Source of the DNA: Cyclobacteriaceae bacterium
GTDB lineage: Bacteria; Bacteroidota; Bacteroidia; Cytophagales; Cyclobacteriaceae
NCBI GenBank assembly: GCA_021648745.1
Contig: JAKISE010000001.1
Location: 10,716 to 74,715 of the forward strand
Direction: 5' to 3'
Length of the DNA: 64,000 nt
Below, piece by piece: positions 36,941-47,721 of this stretch; the first letter of the stretch is position 1, and each line of letters opens with the position of its first letter. Below the pieces are notes generated by a model. That model was not told the origin of the DNA. It did not search any database and worked only from the letters and a program-made list of their open reading frames with translations. The position numbers and the translations under genes are program-made.

Positions 36941-37624
36941 TTGATACTTAGCATAGAAACCTCCACCAAAATCTGCTCAGTAGCATTGCATAACCAAGGC
37001 GTGTTGCTCGCAGAATCAACTCTTTACGTTGATAAGTCACATTCTGAAAAACTGGCAGTGCTTATTAAGGATTTGTTATCTTATGCTGAAATCTCTACCA
37101 AAGAACTAACAGCCGTTGCCATTGCCGGAGGGCCTGGGTCGTACACAGGTTTGCGTATTGGCACTTCTACAGCAAAGGGCTTATGTTACGCCTTAAATAT
37201 CCCATTAATTGCAGTTAATACCTTAGAGTCCATGGCCTCTGGAGTTGCAAAATACATGACTGAAGAAGCCATTCTTTGTCCTATGTTGGATGCACGGAGA
37301 ATGGAAGTATATAGCTTACTAATGGATGCTGATTTAAATACAATTCGAGTTACTGAAGCTAAAATTATTGATGAAAACTCATTCTCGGAAGAGCTAAAAA
37401 AGCATAAAATATTATTCTTTGGTAATGGATCCCCTAAATGCAAGCCTCTGCTAGGTGGCAATAAAAATGCAGTCTTTTTAGACATTCAATCATCATCAGC
37501 CGTACATGTAGGTGAATTGGCATGGGCGAAATTCCAAAAGGAGGCATTCGAAGACCTTGCTTATTTTGAACCTGAGTACCTTAAAGAGTTCATTGCCATT
37601 AAACCTAAAAACCTATTTGCGTGA
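36941..37624 (+). CDS. tsaB: tRNA t6A biosynthesis protein TsaB
   Basis: ILSIETSTKICSVAL and GPGSYTGLRIG motifs. TTG start. Confidence 0.8.
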   Translation: MILSIETSTKICSVALHNQGVLLAESTLYVDKSHSEKLAVLIKDLLSYAEISTKELTAVAIAGGPGSYTGLRIGTSTAKGLCYALNIPLIAVNTLESMASGVAKYMTEEAILCPMLDARRMEVYSLLMDADLNTIRVTEAKIIDENSFSEELKKHKILFFGNGSPKCKPLLGGNKNAVFLDIQSSSAVHVGELAWAKFQKEAFEDLAYFEPEYLKEFIAIKPKNLFA

Positions 37625-38133
37625 GTGATCAAATTATAAATAGAGTAGCAAACAGCTCCATCATTTCATTGGATTTAGAAACATTTTATCCTACAGGAGA
37701 ACGAGTGATTTTTGATATAAAACATAATTTATACGAAGAAACTATCCTTAAGGAAAGGGATTTTAGAGCCTTTATAAAAGAACATAATTGGGAAGATTAC
37801 AAAGAGAAGAATGTAGCCATTACCTGTTCTGTAGATGCCATCGTGCCCACTTGGGCATTCATGCTTATTGCAAGTAAGCTTACGCCTATTGCTAATTATA
37901 TTACATTTGGCACACTAGCTGAATTAGAAAAAGAGCTGTTTACAATGGCTTTGGAGCGTCTTAATTTAGCCCAATACCAAGATGCTAAAGTGGTAGTAAA
38001 AGGGTGTAGTGGCAATGCCATTCCTACTTCAGCTTATGTTAAATTGGTGAGAATATTGCAACCTGTGGTAGCCAGCCTCATGTTTGGGGAGCCTTGCAGC
38101 ACCGTACCTGTCTATAAAAGACCAAAGCCTTAA
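37621..38133 (+). CDS. Hypothetical protein (DUF2480-like, Bacteroidetes-specific)
   Basis: 170-aa ORF with a GTG start overlapping the tsaB stop. Family assignment from memory only. Confidence 0.45.
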   Translation: MSDQIINRVANSSIISLDLETFYPTGERVIFDIKHNLYEETILKERDFRAFIKEHNWEDYKEKNVAITCSVDAIVPTWAFMLIASKLTPIANYITFGTLAELEKELFTMALERLNLAQYQDAKVVVKGCSGNAIPTSAYVKLVRILQPVVASLMFGEPCSTVPVYKRPKP

Positions 38134-38208
38134 TAACGCTCTAGCTAGTCCGAAAATTTAGTTTATCAATGCTTTGTCCACTCTAGCTCTTTGCAGTAAT
38201 TTTATGCA

Positions 38209-41200
38209 ATGCCCTCCACTTCTAACGCAATCATTCTTAAAGCATCTGCAGGTTCCGGTAAAACGTTTACCCTAGCCAAGGTATTTATTAAGCATCTTAT
38301 CCTAAGCCCTAATGACTACCACCAAGTTTTAGCCCTCACGTTTACGAACGATGCTAAAAATGAGATGAAATCTCGCATTTTAAAGGAGTTATCAGCATTA
38401 GCAACAGAAGAAAAGTCGGTTTTATTAGAGGTTATAGAAGCTGATTTTAAAAAAGATAACATTCCGTTTGACCAAGCTCAAATATTTCATAGAAGCCACC
38501 TAGCACTAACTAACTTACTAAATGATTACAGCCGGTTTAATGTAGTTACACTCGACCATTTTTTTACCCAACTCATACGACATTTGGCTCGTGAGCTTAA
38601 ATTAAGGCTAGGCTATGAACTTGATTTAGATGTGGGCAAAGCTATGGACGAGGCTGTTTACAAATTATATCAAACCGATGATAAACGTGTAAAAAAATGG
38701 CTGCGCGCTTTCATTAATACAAAAATTGAAGAAGATAAAGGCTGGAATATTGAGTTCAATATTAAAAACTTAGGGAATAAACTTTTTCAAGATAGTTTTA
38801 TTGATATTAAAGACAAACTCAAGGCAAACATTGATGATTTAGAAGGCTTTGTTACCGATTTACAAAAGCAAGTGAGCTTCTACCAAAGTGAGATGAAGAA
38901 TACTAGCACTATGGCGCTAGAATTGATCACATCTCACCAGCTTGAAGAATCTGACTTTAGAGCCAACCTAATTCCAGTATTTAAAAAACTGAAAGCGGGA
39001 ACTCAAGATTTAACCAAACCATTTAGTGCCACCTTTATAAACGCAGAATGGACAACCAAAAAATCGGAGAAAAAGGAGGAAGTGGAAGCTTGTGCACAAG
39101 CAGGGCTTCAAGAATTAAGAGAACATATCATTGGTCTAGTAGACAGTGATCTCTACGTTGAATTCCTAGAGTCTCGAAACCTGATCTCCAATATTTACTC
39201 CTATGGAGTGCTTTCTGCACTATCCGAAAATTTATGGGAGTATAAGAGTGCTAATAATTTGCTCTTGCTTTCTGATACAGCCACCATTTTAGATGGCGTT
39301 GTTTCTCTTTCTGATGCCCCTTTTATCTATGAAAAAATTGGTGCCAAGTTTACCCATATTATGATTGATGAGTTTCAGGATACATCTACCCATCAATGGA
39401 AAAATATTTTACCACTGTTACAATATGCTCTTTTTGATGAAGGCAGTTTACTACTGGTAGGTGACGTAAAGCAATCAATTTATAGATGGCGCGGTGGAGA
39501 TGTAAATTTACTCATGCACCAAGCAGCAACTGATCTGTCTGATCATTCACCTATAGAATCCGCCTTAGATACTAATTACAGAAGCAGCAAAAATATCATC
39601 GCATTTAATAATGAGTTTTTTAAAACAGCAGGCAATTCGTTAGCACATCTTTTAGAGGGCTTTGCCAATAAAACGGAAGACCTAACACTTGCCTATGAAG
39701 ACGTAGTTCAAAAGCCCCAAAAGCAAATTGAAGGCTATGTAAAGATTAAATTTTTTGGTGATAACGAGGGTCAAAGTTGGAAAGAACAAGCCTTTGAGGC
39801 CACTAAAGATAGCATTAGCAACGCCTTACAAGATGGTTTTGCACCCGAAGATATATTAATTTTGGTACGGAGGAATAAAGAAGCGAGTGAAGTGGCTACC
39901 TATTTATTAGGTCAAGGAATCCATACTATTACGGACGAAGCACTTCAGTTAGAAAAGTCGCCATTAGTGCAGTTTTTAATAAACGCATTGCACCTGGTAC
40001 TTAGGCCAAGCAGTAAACTTGCACTTACTAAGCTAAGCTATTTTCTAAACATAATACATAAACAATCTGCAAGTCAGTCACTTGAAAATATCTTAGAAAA
40101 TTCCCCTTTATCAAGAGTAACAACTAACTTAAATGCCTACGAGGCCATTGAAAAATTGATTGAAGACTACCGACTAAACGAGCAATTCGATCCATTTTTA
40201 CAAGGGTTCCAAGATGTGTGTTTATCATTAAGTCAAAAAGGCTATGTCTCTATTTCGAGTTTCCTCGATAGATGGGATGAACTACATCAAGATGCTAAAA
40301 CCAAGCCTTCTATTGTTTTGGGTAAACCCAAAGGTGCCGTTCAGGTAAAAAGCATTCATAAATCGAAAGGGCTTGAGAGCCCTGTGGTAATTATGCCTCA
40401 AATTAGTGGTGGAATTTATAGACCACAACATGTTTTTTGGCCGGGTAATTTGCCCAAGAGATACGAGAAATGGGGAAGCCTGCCTGTTAATTTTACGAGT
40501 ACATTGGAGCTTACCGATTTTAAGGACAATTACGAGCAAGAAAGTTTCGAAATAGCGTTAGAGGAACTGAATACCCTTTATGTGGGCTTCACCAGAGCTA
40601 TTGAACGCTTATATGTGTTTGTTCAGGATAAGAAATTAAAAAAATCTTTTCAGCATATAATTAAGGAGACTTTGGGCAGCGAACTTTTCAGCCTCTCCAG
40701 TCATTTTGATGGAAATGTATTTGAACTTGGCAAACCTGACCCAGCTCATCGAATAGAAGATGGATCAGTTATGGATCGTCCTTTAACAAACTATCCAACA
40801 TCGGATCCGGCCTTAAAACTTGCCCCCACAGCGGAAAAGGATTTTTGGAAACAATTGAATACCGATAAAGCCAATAATATCAGATCAGGCATTCAGCTTC
40901 ACTCCATAATGGCTCAATTAAAAACCTTTGAGCTACCTGCACTTAATAACAGTTTGGGCTCCATTCTACAATTAATGGTGCTAAAAGGAGCTTTTACAGA
41001 GGGAGAAGCATCAGTTTATAAACAAAAAGTCAAAAAATTGTTTTCAGAACTCACTGATTTGCACCAATGGTTTGAAACTGGGTGGGACGTAATCAACGAA
41101 CACAAAATATTGGCCATGGGCAATGCCTACATCCCTGATAGGGTAGTGATTAAAGGAAATACAGCTGTAATTCTTGATTTTAAACGTGGCGCAAAATCAG

Positions 41201-41316
41201 ATGGTCATAAAAATCAAATAAAGAACTATGCAAATTTGCTCACCCAAATGGGTTATCAAGTAAAAGGCATGTATTTAGTGTATATCGAGTTAGTCGAATT
41301 GGTGGAGGTAGTATGA
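38209..41316 (+). CDS. UvrD/Rep-family helicase with a C-terminal PD-(D/E)XK nuclease (AddA-like)
   Basis: Walker A ASAGSGKTFTL. HIMIDEFQDTS. VGDVKQSIYRWRGG. C-terminal DRVVIKGNTAVILDFKRG. Confidence 0.8.
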   Translation: MPSTSNAIILKASAGSGKTFTLAKVFIKHLILSPNDYHQVLALTFTNDAKNEMKSRILKELSALATEEKSVLLEVIEADFKKDNIPFDQAQIFHRSHLALTNLLNDYSRFNVVTLDHFFTQLIRHLARELKLRLGYELDLDVGKAMDEAVYKLYQTDDKRVKKWLRAFINTKIEEDKGWNIEFNIKNLGNKLFQDSFIDIKDKLKANIDDLEGFVTDLQKQVSFYQSEMKNTSTMALELITSHQLEESDFRANLIPVFKKLKAGTQDLTKPFSATFINAEWTTKKSEKKEEVEACAQAGLQELREHIIGLVDSDLYVEFLESRNLISNIYSYGVLSALSENLWEYKSANNLLLLSDTATILDGVVSLSDAPFIYEKIGAKFTHIMIDEFQDTSTHQWKNILPLLQYALFDEGSLLLVGDVKQSIYRWRGGDVNLLMHQAATDLSDHSPIESALDTNYRSSKNIIAFNNEFFKTAGNSLAHLLEGFANKTEDLTLAYEDVVQKPQKQIEGYVKIKFFGDNEGQSWKEQAFEATKDSISNALQDGFAPEDILILVRRNKEASEVATYLLGQGIHTITDEALQLEKSPLVQFLINALHLVLRPSSKLALTKLSYFLNIIHKQSASQSLENILENSPLSRVTTNLNAYEAIEKLIEDYRLNEQFDPFLQGFQDVCLSLSQKGYVSISSFLDRWDELHQDAKTKPSIVLGKPKGAVQVKSIHKSKGLESPVVIMPQISGGIYRPQHVFWPGNLPKRYEKWGSLPVNFTSTLELTDFKDNYEQESFEIALEELNTLYVGFTRAIERLYVFVQDKKLKKSFQHIIKETLGSELFSLSSHFDGNVFELGKPDPAHRIEDGSVMDRPLTNYPTSDPALKLAPTAEKDFWKQLNTDKANNIRSGIQLHSIMAQLKTFELPALNNSLGSILQLMVLKGAFTEGEASVYKQKVKKLFSELTDLHQWFETGWDVINEHKILAMGNAYIPDRVVIKGNTAVILDFKRGAKSDGHKNQIKNYANLLTQMGYQVKGMYLVYIELVELVEVV

Positions 41317-44147
41317 AGAAGTTTTTAGACCATATCATCGAAAACATCAACCCTGCTGGATTGAAAGAGTTAAGAACGACTTGTTATGTTTTTCCTACTC
41401 AACGAGCTTGCCGTCATTTTGAAACATTGCTTCAGAAAAAATTTGATACAGAGGTATTTTGGGCGCCTACTATTTTAAGTATTCAGGAGTTTATCGAGCA
41501 CTTGAACCCACACGTTAGTGTTGCCTCAGAAATTCAACAGATTACTGAATTATTTGGCGTCTATAAAAAGCTAGAGCCCAATATAGTATTCGAAGATTTT
41601 TATGGGTGGGCAAAAGTGCTGCTTAAAGATTTTGATGAGGTGGATCGCTACTTGGTAGATGCCAAATTGCTGTATAAAAACTTACAAGACATTAAAGACC
41701 TAGATAAAGTCTTTGGTCCTGATGAAGAAGCTTTAAAAGCCATCATTGAATTTCAAAAAGTAATTGATGTTTCAGGAAATGGAGAACTGTTTAAAGAATT
41801 TGACACTACTTGGAACACCGTAGGCAAGGCCTATTTCATGTTTCAGGAAGCACTTAAAGCAAAGGCACTTGGTTATAACGGAATGCTCTACCGTGCCTCA
41901 GCTGATGCCGTTAAAGAGGGGAAAACTATTCCTTTTAGTCAAGTAGTGTTTGGGGGCTTTAATGCACTCTCACTAGCCGAAGAAGTAATTTTTAGCCACT
42001 TACTTTCAGCTAACATTGCCCAAGTTTATTTTGATGTAGATCGATTCTATTTCAATAAGAAAAACCTAGAAGCCGCTAAATTCCTAAACCGATATAATCA
42101 TCTTTGGAAAGGCGAAAATGTACATTGGATTGATGCCAATGGCTTTAACACCAATAGAGTAATTGACGTACTAGGCACTCCTTTAGGTGTTACACAAGCT
42201 AAAATAGCTTCTAATATTTTAACCGAAAACAAAGCCTACCAGTTTAATAATACGGCTGTGGTTTTGGCCGATGAAGGGCTGTTAAATCCCGTTTTATATG
42301 CCTTACCACAAACCGACCTACCCATCAATATTACCATGGGGCAACCAGTGGCTACTCACCCCCTTGGCGAATTTATCAAGTACTACTTTGAGTATCAGGC
42401 AAGACTCGACAAAGAATCTATACCTGTGGACGCTTTGCAAACACTGGCTTCCAATGTATTTATTCAGCAGCATAATTTAAAATTGGTAGAATGGTTGGGT
42501 AAAACCAAGCAAACCCATATTTCCTGGGCTTGGTTAGCTCAGTTTAATGAGCTATCTAATTTGGCAAAAGAGGCATTTACACCTCAGTTAAACCCAATCC
42601 AGTTATTCGATGAAGCTTTGGAGTTTATAGAAAAAATTAATGCAAGCAGCAAAGACTCAGATGATGGCATTGCAACTGTTTTGTACGAAGCCTTACAGCA
42701 ACTTAAATTAGAGTTATTGCAAGTAAGCACTCAATTTGAAGCAAAGTTTATTAAAAAGATTGTACTTGAATCTTTAAGTACGCTCAAATTACCTCTAGGA
42801 AAGGAATCTAACAATGGGCTGCAAATAATGGGTTTCCTCGAAACCAGAATGCTCGACTTTGAAAACCTCATTATCCTATCAGTAAATGAAGGAATGTTGC
42901 CTGCTTCGGCCAGCAATAAATCTTTTATCCCTTTTGGGCTGCGCAAAGCGTTTAAAATGCCTCATTTTACCGAGCAGGATAGCATTTATGCCTATCATTT
43001 TTACCGCTTATTACAACGAGCCAAAAACGTTTCACTAATTTATAATACAGAGCTAACGGTAGATGGCTCTGGTGAGAAAAGCAGGTATATTTTGCAACTG
43101 GCACACCGTATTAAAATCGAGCAGTTGCCTATCACACTAAATGAATCTACCGTTAGTATTCCTCTTTCTACCGAAGCCTTACAACTGAGAGAAATCAAGG
43201 TAACTAAGACTGAGAGTATTCTAAAAGAGTTAGAGTACCTTTTGTTTGAACGATCCAACGAACGACCCATTTCTCCAACTTTGGTGCTCGACTATATTGA
43301 ATGCCCGTTGCGGTTTTACTTAAAACGGATTAAAAAATTACGAAAAGGCGATGATGCCACCAACGAGATTGATGCTCGTGAATTTGGGAATATTGTGCAT
43401 CATACCTTGCAACATTTATATGAACCTTATGTAGGCAAAACACTTTCTAAAAAAGACATTCTCGAATTAAAGAAGACGAAACTTTCTGCTCAGATAGATA
43501 AGGAATTTGAAACTGAACTTGAACTAAAAGCGATTAGTGGAAAGAACGACTACCAGCGTTATATTATTAAAAACACGTTGGAACGGTTGCTTGATAAAGA
43601 TGCGGCTCAAGCACCTTTGCTAATCAAAGGACTAGAGCTTAAATTAAATAATCAGAACTTTAACCTTGCCTTGCCCATTAATGGAGGTAATATTCAATTA
43701 GGAGGCATTATTGACCGATTAGATGAAATAGAAATTGAAGGAGCTTCTTCACTAACTCGTGTAATTGATTATAAAACTGGTAAAGTGATAATGCAAAAGG
43801 CGGAAGTGTTTAAGAAGCCAATTCCATTGGAAACTTATGTAGATAATTATTTTACCAAGCCTGATTTTAAAGTAGAGTTTCAATCCTATTATTATGCGCT
43901 TATCTACCAACGAAACCACCCTAATACTGGTTTAACAGCTGGTATTTACGGACTCAAATCTATTGGTGCAGGCGTGCAATATGTACGCAACGAACCTCAA
44001 TCCATCCCTACAGAAATATTCAACTTATTTGAAACCCGACTTTCCCAGCTCTTCGAAGAAATTCTAGACCCCGCAATAGAATTTTGCCAGACTGAAGAGA
44101 CCAATACTTGCGGATATTGTGAGTTTAAGGCTATATGTGGCCGCTAA
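41313..44147 (+). CDS. PD-(D/E)XK nuclease family protein (AddB-like, Fe-S cysteines)
   Basis: 4-bp overlap with the helicase gene. IECPLRFY ... CQTEETNTCGYCEFKAICG cysteine cluster. VIDYKTGK nuclease motif. Confidence 0.75.
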   Translation: MKKFLDHIIENINPAGLKELRTTCYVFPTQRACRHFETLLQKKFDTEVFWAPTILSIQEFIEHLNPHVSVASEIQQITELFGVYKKLEPNIVFEDFYGWAKVLLKDFDEVDRYLVDAKLLYKNLQDIKDLDKVFGPDEEALKAIIEFQKVIDVSGNGELFKEFDTTWNTVGKAYFMFQEALKAKALGYNGMLYRASADAVKEGKTIPFSQVVFGGFNALSLAEEVIFSHLLSANIAQVYFDVDRFYFNKKNLEAAKFLNRYNHLWKGENVHWIDANGFNTNRVIDVLGTPLGVTQAKIASNILTENKAYQFNNTAVVLADEGLLNPVLYALPQTDLPINITMGQPVATHPLGEFIKYYFEYQARLDKESIPVDALQTLASNVFIQQHNLKLVEWLGKTKQTHISWAWLAQFNELSNLAKEAFTPQLNPIQLFDEALEFIEKINASSKDSDDGIATVLYEALQQLKLELLQVSTQFEAKFIKKIVLESLSTLKLPLGKESNNGLQIMGFLETRMLDFENLIILSVNEGMLPASASNKSFIPFGLRKAFKMPHFTEQDSIYAYHFYRLLQRAKNVSLIYNTELTVDGSGEKSRYILQLAHRIKIEQLPITLNESTVSIPLSTEALQLREIKVTKTESILKELEYLLFERSNERPISPTLVLDYIECPLRFYLKRIKKLRKGDDATNEIDAREFGNIVHHTLQHLYEPYVGKTLSKKDILELKKTKLSAQIDKEFETELELKAISGKNDYQRYIIKNTLERLLDKDAAQAPLLIKGLELKLNNQNFNLALPINGGNIQLGGIIDRLDEIEIEGASSLTRVIDYKTGKVIMQKAEVFKKPIPLETYVDNYFTKPDFKVEFQSYYYALIYQRNHPNTGLTAGIYGLKSIGAGVQYVRNEPQSIPTEIFNLFETRLSQLFEEILDPAIEFCQTEETNTCGYCEFKAICGR

Positions 44148-44150
44148 GTT

Positions 44151-44726
44151 TTACAAAAACACAGGTTTTCCTTTCCACAAATCTTCCAATTCCATAGGGC
44201 CTCCAAAATATTCGTTTTTGAAACGATTCATTTCATCAATAGTTTCGTTCGACATAATTTCTGAAAGTTCATCCATCGCCTTTCCTCCCAATATATAAGG
44301 CATGGTGGTGGAAATCATTTTGTCTCCTCTAAAATGGCCGAACATCATATACTCACTCATGGCTATAATGGGTTCATTATGCAAGGAGCACTTTGACAAA
44401 AGCTCCTCCAGTGGCTCACCTTGCCCTTGTTGATGTGCCTGTATTTTACTCATAAACTGATGATGATTTGCAAAAAATGCTTGCATATTTTCCATCGACT
44501 GTTTCGAGATCGATTGCTGCATATTCTGAGCGCAAGAAGAGCAAATGGCATATTCAAATACAACATCCTCTATTTGATATTCTATGTTGTTTTTAATCGC
44601 CTTTTCTATAAAGTAATCAACAGTATCTAAACTTAGATTAATACCACATACCATGCATTCGCTAAACGGCTTTGAGCTTTCAAAAGGGTAAAAAGCAAGA
44701 GGAATGTCTATGAGGTTGGGCTGCAT
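44151..44726 (-). CDS. Hypothetical Cys-rich protein downstream of the radical SAM gene
   Basis: CMVCG ... CSSCAQ pairs. Start trimmed to MQPNLIDIP. Confidence 0.5.
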   Translation of the reverse strand: MQPNLIDIPLAFYPFESSKPFSECMVCGINLSLDTVDYFIEKAIKNNIEYQIEDVVFEYAICSSCAQNMQQSISKQSMENMQAFFANHHQFMSKIQAHQQGQGEPLEELLSKCSLHNEPIIAMSEYMMFGHFRGDKMISTTMPYILGGKAMDELSEIMSNETIDEMNRFKNEYFGGPMELEDLWKGKPVFL

Positions 44727-44805
44727 ATATGTAAGATTCGAAGTTAAGCAATAATAGGTAATAAAAGCCAAATATAATATGGCAAACGAACAGGTAGAAA
44801 TACTA

Positions 44806-45831
44806 CTACCTCCACACCTTAGTGCCCTCAGTACAGTTTTGGCAAATGTTTATACCCTTTCGGTTAGTGAGCAGCTGGGTTCGAAACAATTGATATTTTT
44901 GATTACTCCATATATCGTCCAAGCTACTTTCTTTTAACGACCCTTGTTGGTGCTCAGCGTCTTTATCAAAACAGCAAGGTACAATGGACCCATCCCAGGT
45001 AACCACTGTGCTATGCCACATTTTCCAGCACTGGTTTTTCAGTTTGTTTTTAAATACGTAGCTACCATTAGGTAATTGTTTATATCGGCTATATTTTTCA
45101 ATGGTAGGCATTAGAGGGTTGCCGTTTTTATACTCATAAAGTTGAGCGGTTTTAAAGGCCACTTTATCTACCCCTAATTCTTTACCCAGAGCCTTTACCT
45201 CTTCAATTTGATGCTCATTAGGTTTAACCACTAAAAATTGAAATAAAATATATGGTGTTTTAGACTTTAGCTTTTTCTTCCATTTAACAATATTTTTAGT
45301 CCCTTCAATAACTTTATGGAGATTACCACCCACACGATAGCTTTCGTATGTTTCTTGTGTGGTACCGTCAATAGAAATCACCAACCTATCGAGCCCAGAT
45401 TCAATTGTTTTTTTTGAATTTTCATCAGATAGATAGTGTGCATTAGTACTAGTAGCAGTATACAGCCCTTTGTTTGACGCATATTTTACTAACTCGGTAA
45501 ACTGAGGGTGCAAATAGGGCTCTCCCTGAAAATAGAGCAATAGGTAAGAAGCCCACTTATACGATTGATCTACTGTATTTTTAAACAGAGTTTCATCCAG
45601 CATTCCTGTGGGTCGAGTAAAAGAACGTAAGCCACTGGGGCACTCTGGGCAACGCAAATTGCAGGAAGTTGTAGGTTCAATGGAAATACTAATAGGTTTA
45701 CCCCAAATGATTGGCTTTTTTAACCATAAAGAAACATAATAACTAATAGTAATAGCACATACGTTTTTCAACCTCAAAAACGTTAATTTCTTGAGCCAGT
45801 TTAAAGAGTCATTTAAATGAGGTGTTAGCAT
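44806..45831 (-). CDS. Radical SAM protein with a SPASM domain
   Basis: EPTTSCNLRCPECP (CxxxCxxC). C-terminal Cys-rich SPASM region CWKMWH...VPCCFD...CQNC. N-terminal TM helix. Confidence 0.8.
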   Translation of the reverse strand: MLTPHLNDSLNWLKKLTFLRLKNVCAITISYYVSLWLKKPIIWGKPISISIEPTTSCNLRCPECPSGLRSFTRPTGMLDETLFKNTVDQSYKWASYLLLYFQGEPYLHPQFTELVKYASNKGLYTATSTNAHYLSDENSKKTIESGLDRLVISIDGTTQETYESYRVGGNLHKVIEGTKNIVKWKKKLKSKTPYILFQFLVVKPNEHQIEEVKALGKELGVDKVAFKTAQLYEYKNGNPLMPTIEKYSRYKQLPNGSYVFKNKLKNQCWKMWHSTVVTWDGSIVPCCFDKDAEHQQGSLKESSLDDIWSNQKYQLFRTQLLTNRKGINICQNCTEGTKVWR

Positions 45832-45980
45832 TAAGCAACCAAACTAATAAAATTAATTACCACAAAGACAGAAAGACCCTAAGTTTCACAAATAAAATAC
45901 TTGTGTTTCTTTGAGCAATTGCCCTGAGCTAGCTACTTTTATCGTTTCTGCATCGACATATTTACTCTAGAAGCTTTAAC

Positions 45981-47153
45981 ATGATACAACGATTGGCCAT
46001 TTTTTTGCTATTTTTTGCATTCGCATTTAATTCTACTGCACAAGATTTAAGCCGAAGTGCCACAGTATCAATATTAACTGTTGAGCCAGGCCATGAAGAA
46101 CTTTTTGCCGCATTTGGGCATTCCGCCATTCGCATTCAAGATCCGGAAAATCAAATCGACAAGGTATATAATTTTGGTACCTACTATTATAACCAACCTT
46201 ATTTTTACGTCAATTTTGCGCGAGGCTATTTGCTTTATGGCTTATCAGTAAGCAACTGGCAAAGGTTTCAAGGCTATTATGCTTATTTTAATCGACAGGT
46301 TATTGCGCAGTATTTGAACCTCTCAGAAGATCAAACGCAACAAGTATTCGACTTCTTAGAGAATAATGCCAAGCCTGAAAACAGCAAGTATTACTACGAT
46401 TATTTTTACGATAACTGCGCCACCAGAATTAGAGATGTGTTTGTTCAGGTATTAGGAGATGACATTAAGTTACCTCAAAATTATTCGAACAATCCTAACC
46501 AAACCGTTAGGCAATTAACAGATTTTTATATTGAAGAAGAATTTCCATGGGGGAAATTGGGGATAGATTTATGCCTAGGGTTACCTATGGATAAGCAGCT
46601 TAGTGATTATGAGTACATGTATTTGCCCGACTATATTTTTGATGCGTTTGAAAAGGCTCAAATACAACACAACAATACGTGGCTGCCCTCTGTAAAGGAG
46701 AAACAAGTGATATTGCAAAGCCGAGAAATGGAATATCCTAAACCTTGGTTTACACCAACAATAGCCTTTGGATTATGTGCACTCTTGGGCATTATTTTTC
46801 TGATCTTACAATATAAAAAAGGCTGGTTGTTTCGGTGGTTTGATTTCATATGGTTCTTTGGTGTAGGGCTAATTGGGCTACTGCTACTTTTACTATGGGT
46901 AGCCACGGACCATAATGCTGCGGCCAATAACTTTAATATATTATGGGCCTTACCTACACATTTAATAGTAGCTTTTGCACTTGTTCGTAAAAAAGTAAAG
47001 CGGTGGGTAAATTGGTATTTGCTACTTTTAATGCCCTATTCGATTATAATGCTATTATTTTGGAAAACTTTTCCTCAAGATTTAAACGAAGGGTTTATTC
47101 CTATAGTACTTTTGATGATAGTTAGATCCGTTGCCATAATTTTAAGAAAATGA
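45981..47153 (+). CDS. DUF4105 (Lnb N-terminal domain) membrane protein
   Basis: ISILTVEPGHEELFAAFGHSAIRIQD motif. C-terminal TM helices. Confidence 0.65.
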   Translation: MIQRLAIFLLFFAFAFNSTAQDLSRSATVSILTVEPGHEELFAAFGHSAIRIQDPENQIDKVYNFGTYYYNQPYFYVNFARGYLLYGLSVSNWQRFQGYYAYFNRQVIAQYLNLSEDQTQQVFDFLENNAKPENSKYYYDYFYDNCATRIRDVFVQVLGDDIKLPQNYSNNPNQTVRQLTDFYIEEEFPWGKLGIDLCLGLPMDKQLSDYEYMYLPDYIFDAFEKAQIQHNNTWLPSVKEKQVILQSREMEYPKPWFTPTIAFGLCALLGIIFLILQYKKGWLFRWFDFIWFFGVGLIGLLLLLLWVATDHNAAANNFNILWALPTHLIVAFALVRKKVKRWVNWYLLLLMPYSIIMLLFWKTFPQDLNEGFIPIVLLMIVRSVAIILRK

Positions 47154-47704
47154 AGAAACAATTAAGTATTGCATTAATTTGCCTATCAGGCATTAGTGCA
47201 TTTGCACAATCTATTGATAAGGCTGATGACATAAACGGCATTACGCTGGGTATAGATCAAACTTACTTTGGAGATGATTTGTACCTAATTACTGGAGATG
47301 AACCAGCATATAGCGAAGCTCCAAGCCTACAGTTTACACTTAAGCGGAAGATTAGGTTAGGCATTAGAGATGCTTCCTATCAAGGTCAAAAGTATAGAGA
47401 ATTCGAAAATTTTGAAGCGACCAATATTACATTTCAATTTTATGAAGGCAAATTGTTTAAAGTTCAATGGACATTTAGAAATAGGCAGGCCCTCATTGCT
47501 ACCTATAACTATTTACTGGATACATATGCAGATAAATTTGGCTCGTCAAAAGAAGAGGTGTTTGATGAATTCAGGCAGGTTGAATGGGAAGGAAAGTCAA
47601 AGTACTTACAAGTTTTTATGGATACTGAATCAGATGTAACTCTCGTTTTCGAAGATGTAAAAGTGGCTAAACGTGTTCAAAAGGTGCTTGCGAAAGCTAA
47701 GTAA
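47150..47704 (+). CDS. Secreted hypothetical protein
   Basis: Signal peptide. ATGA overlap with the upstream gene. Confidence 0.55.
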   Translation: MKKQLSIALICLSGISAFAQSIDKADDINGITLGIDQTYFGDDLYLITGDEPAYSEAPSLQFTLKRKIRLGIRDASYQGQKYREFENFEATNITFQFYEGKLFKVQWTFRNRQALIATYNYLLDTYADKFGSSKEEVFDEFRQVEWEGKSKYLQVFMDTESDVTLVFEDVKVAKRVQKVLAKAK

Positions 47705-47721
47705 AGAAATACTTTCATAGC

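Noticed and set aside
38209-44147. The helicase-nuclease pair as a dedicated anti-phage system.
   Set aside because: The motif content (UvrD helicase plus PD-(D/E)XK, with a partner carrying AddB-like Fe-S cysteines) and its housekeeping neighbours (tsaB, rnpA) fit the AddAB-type recombination repair complex common in Bacteroidota.
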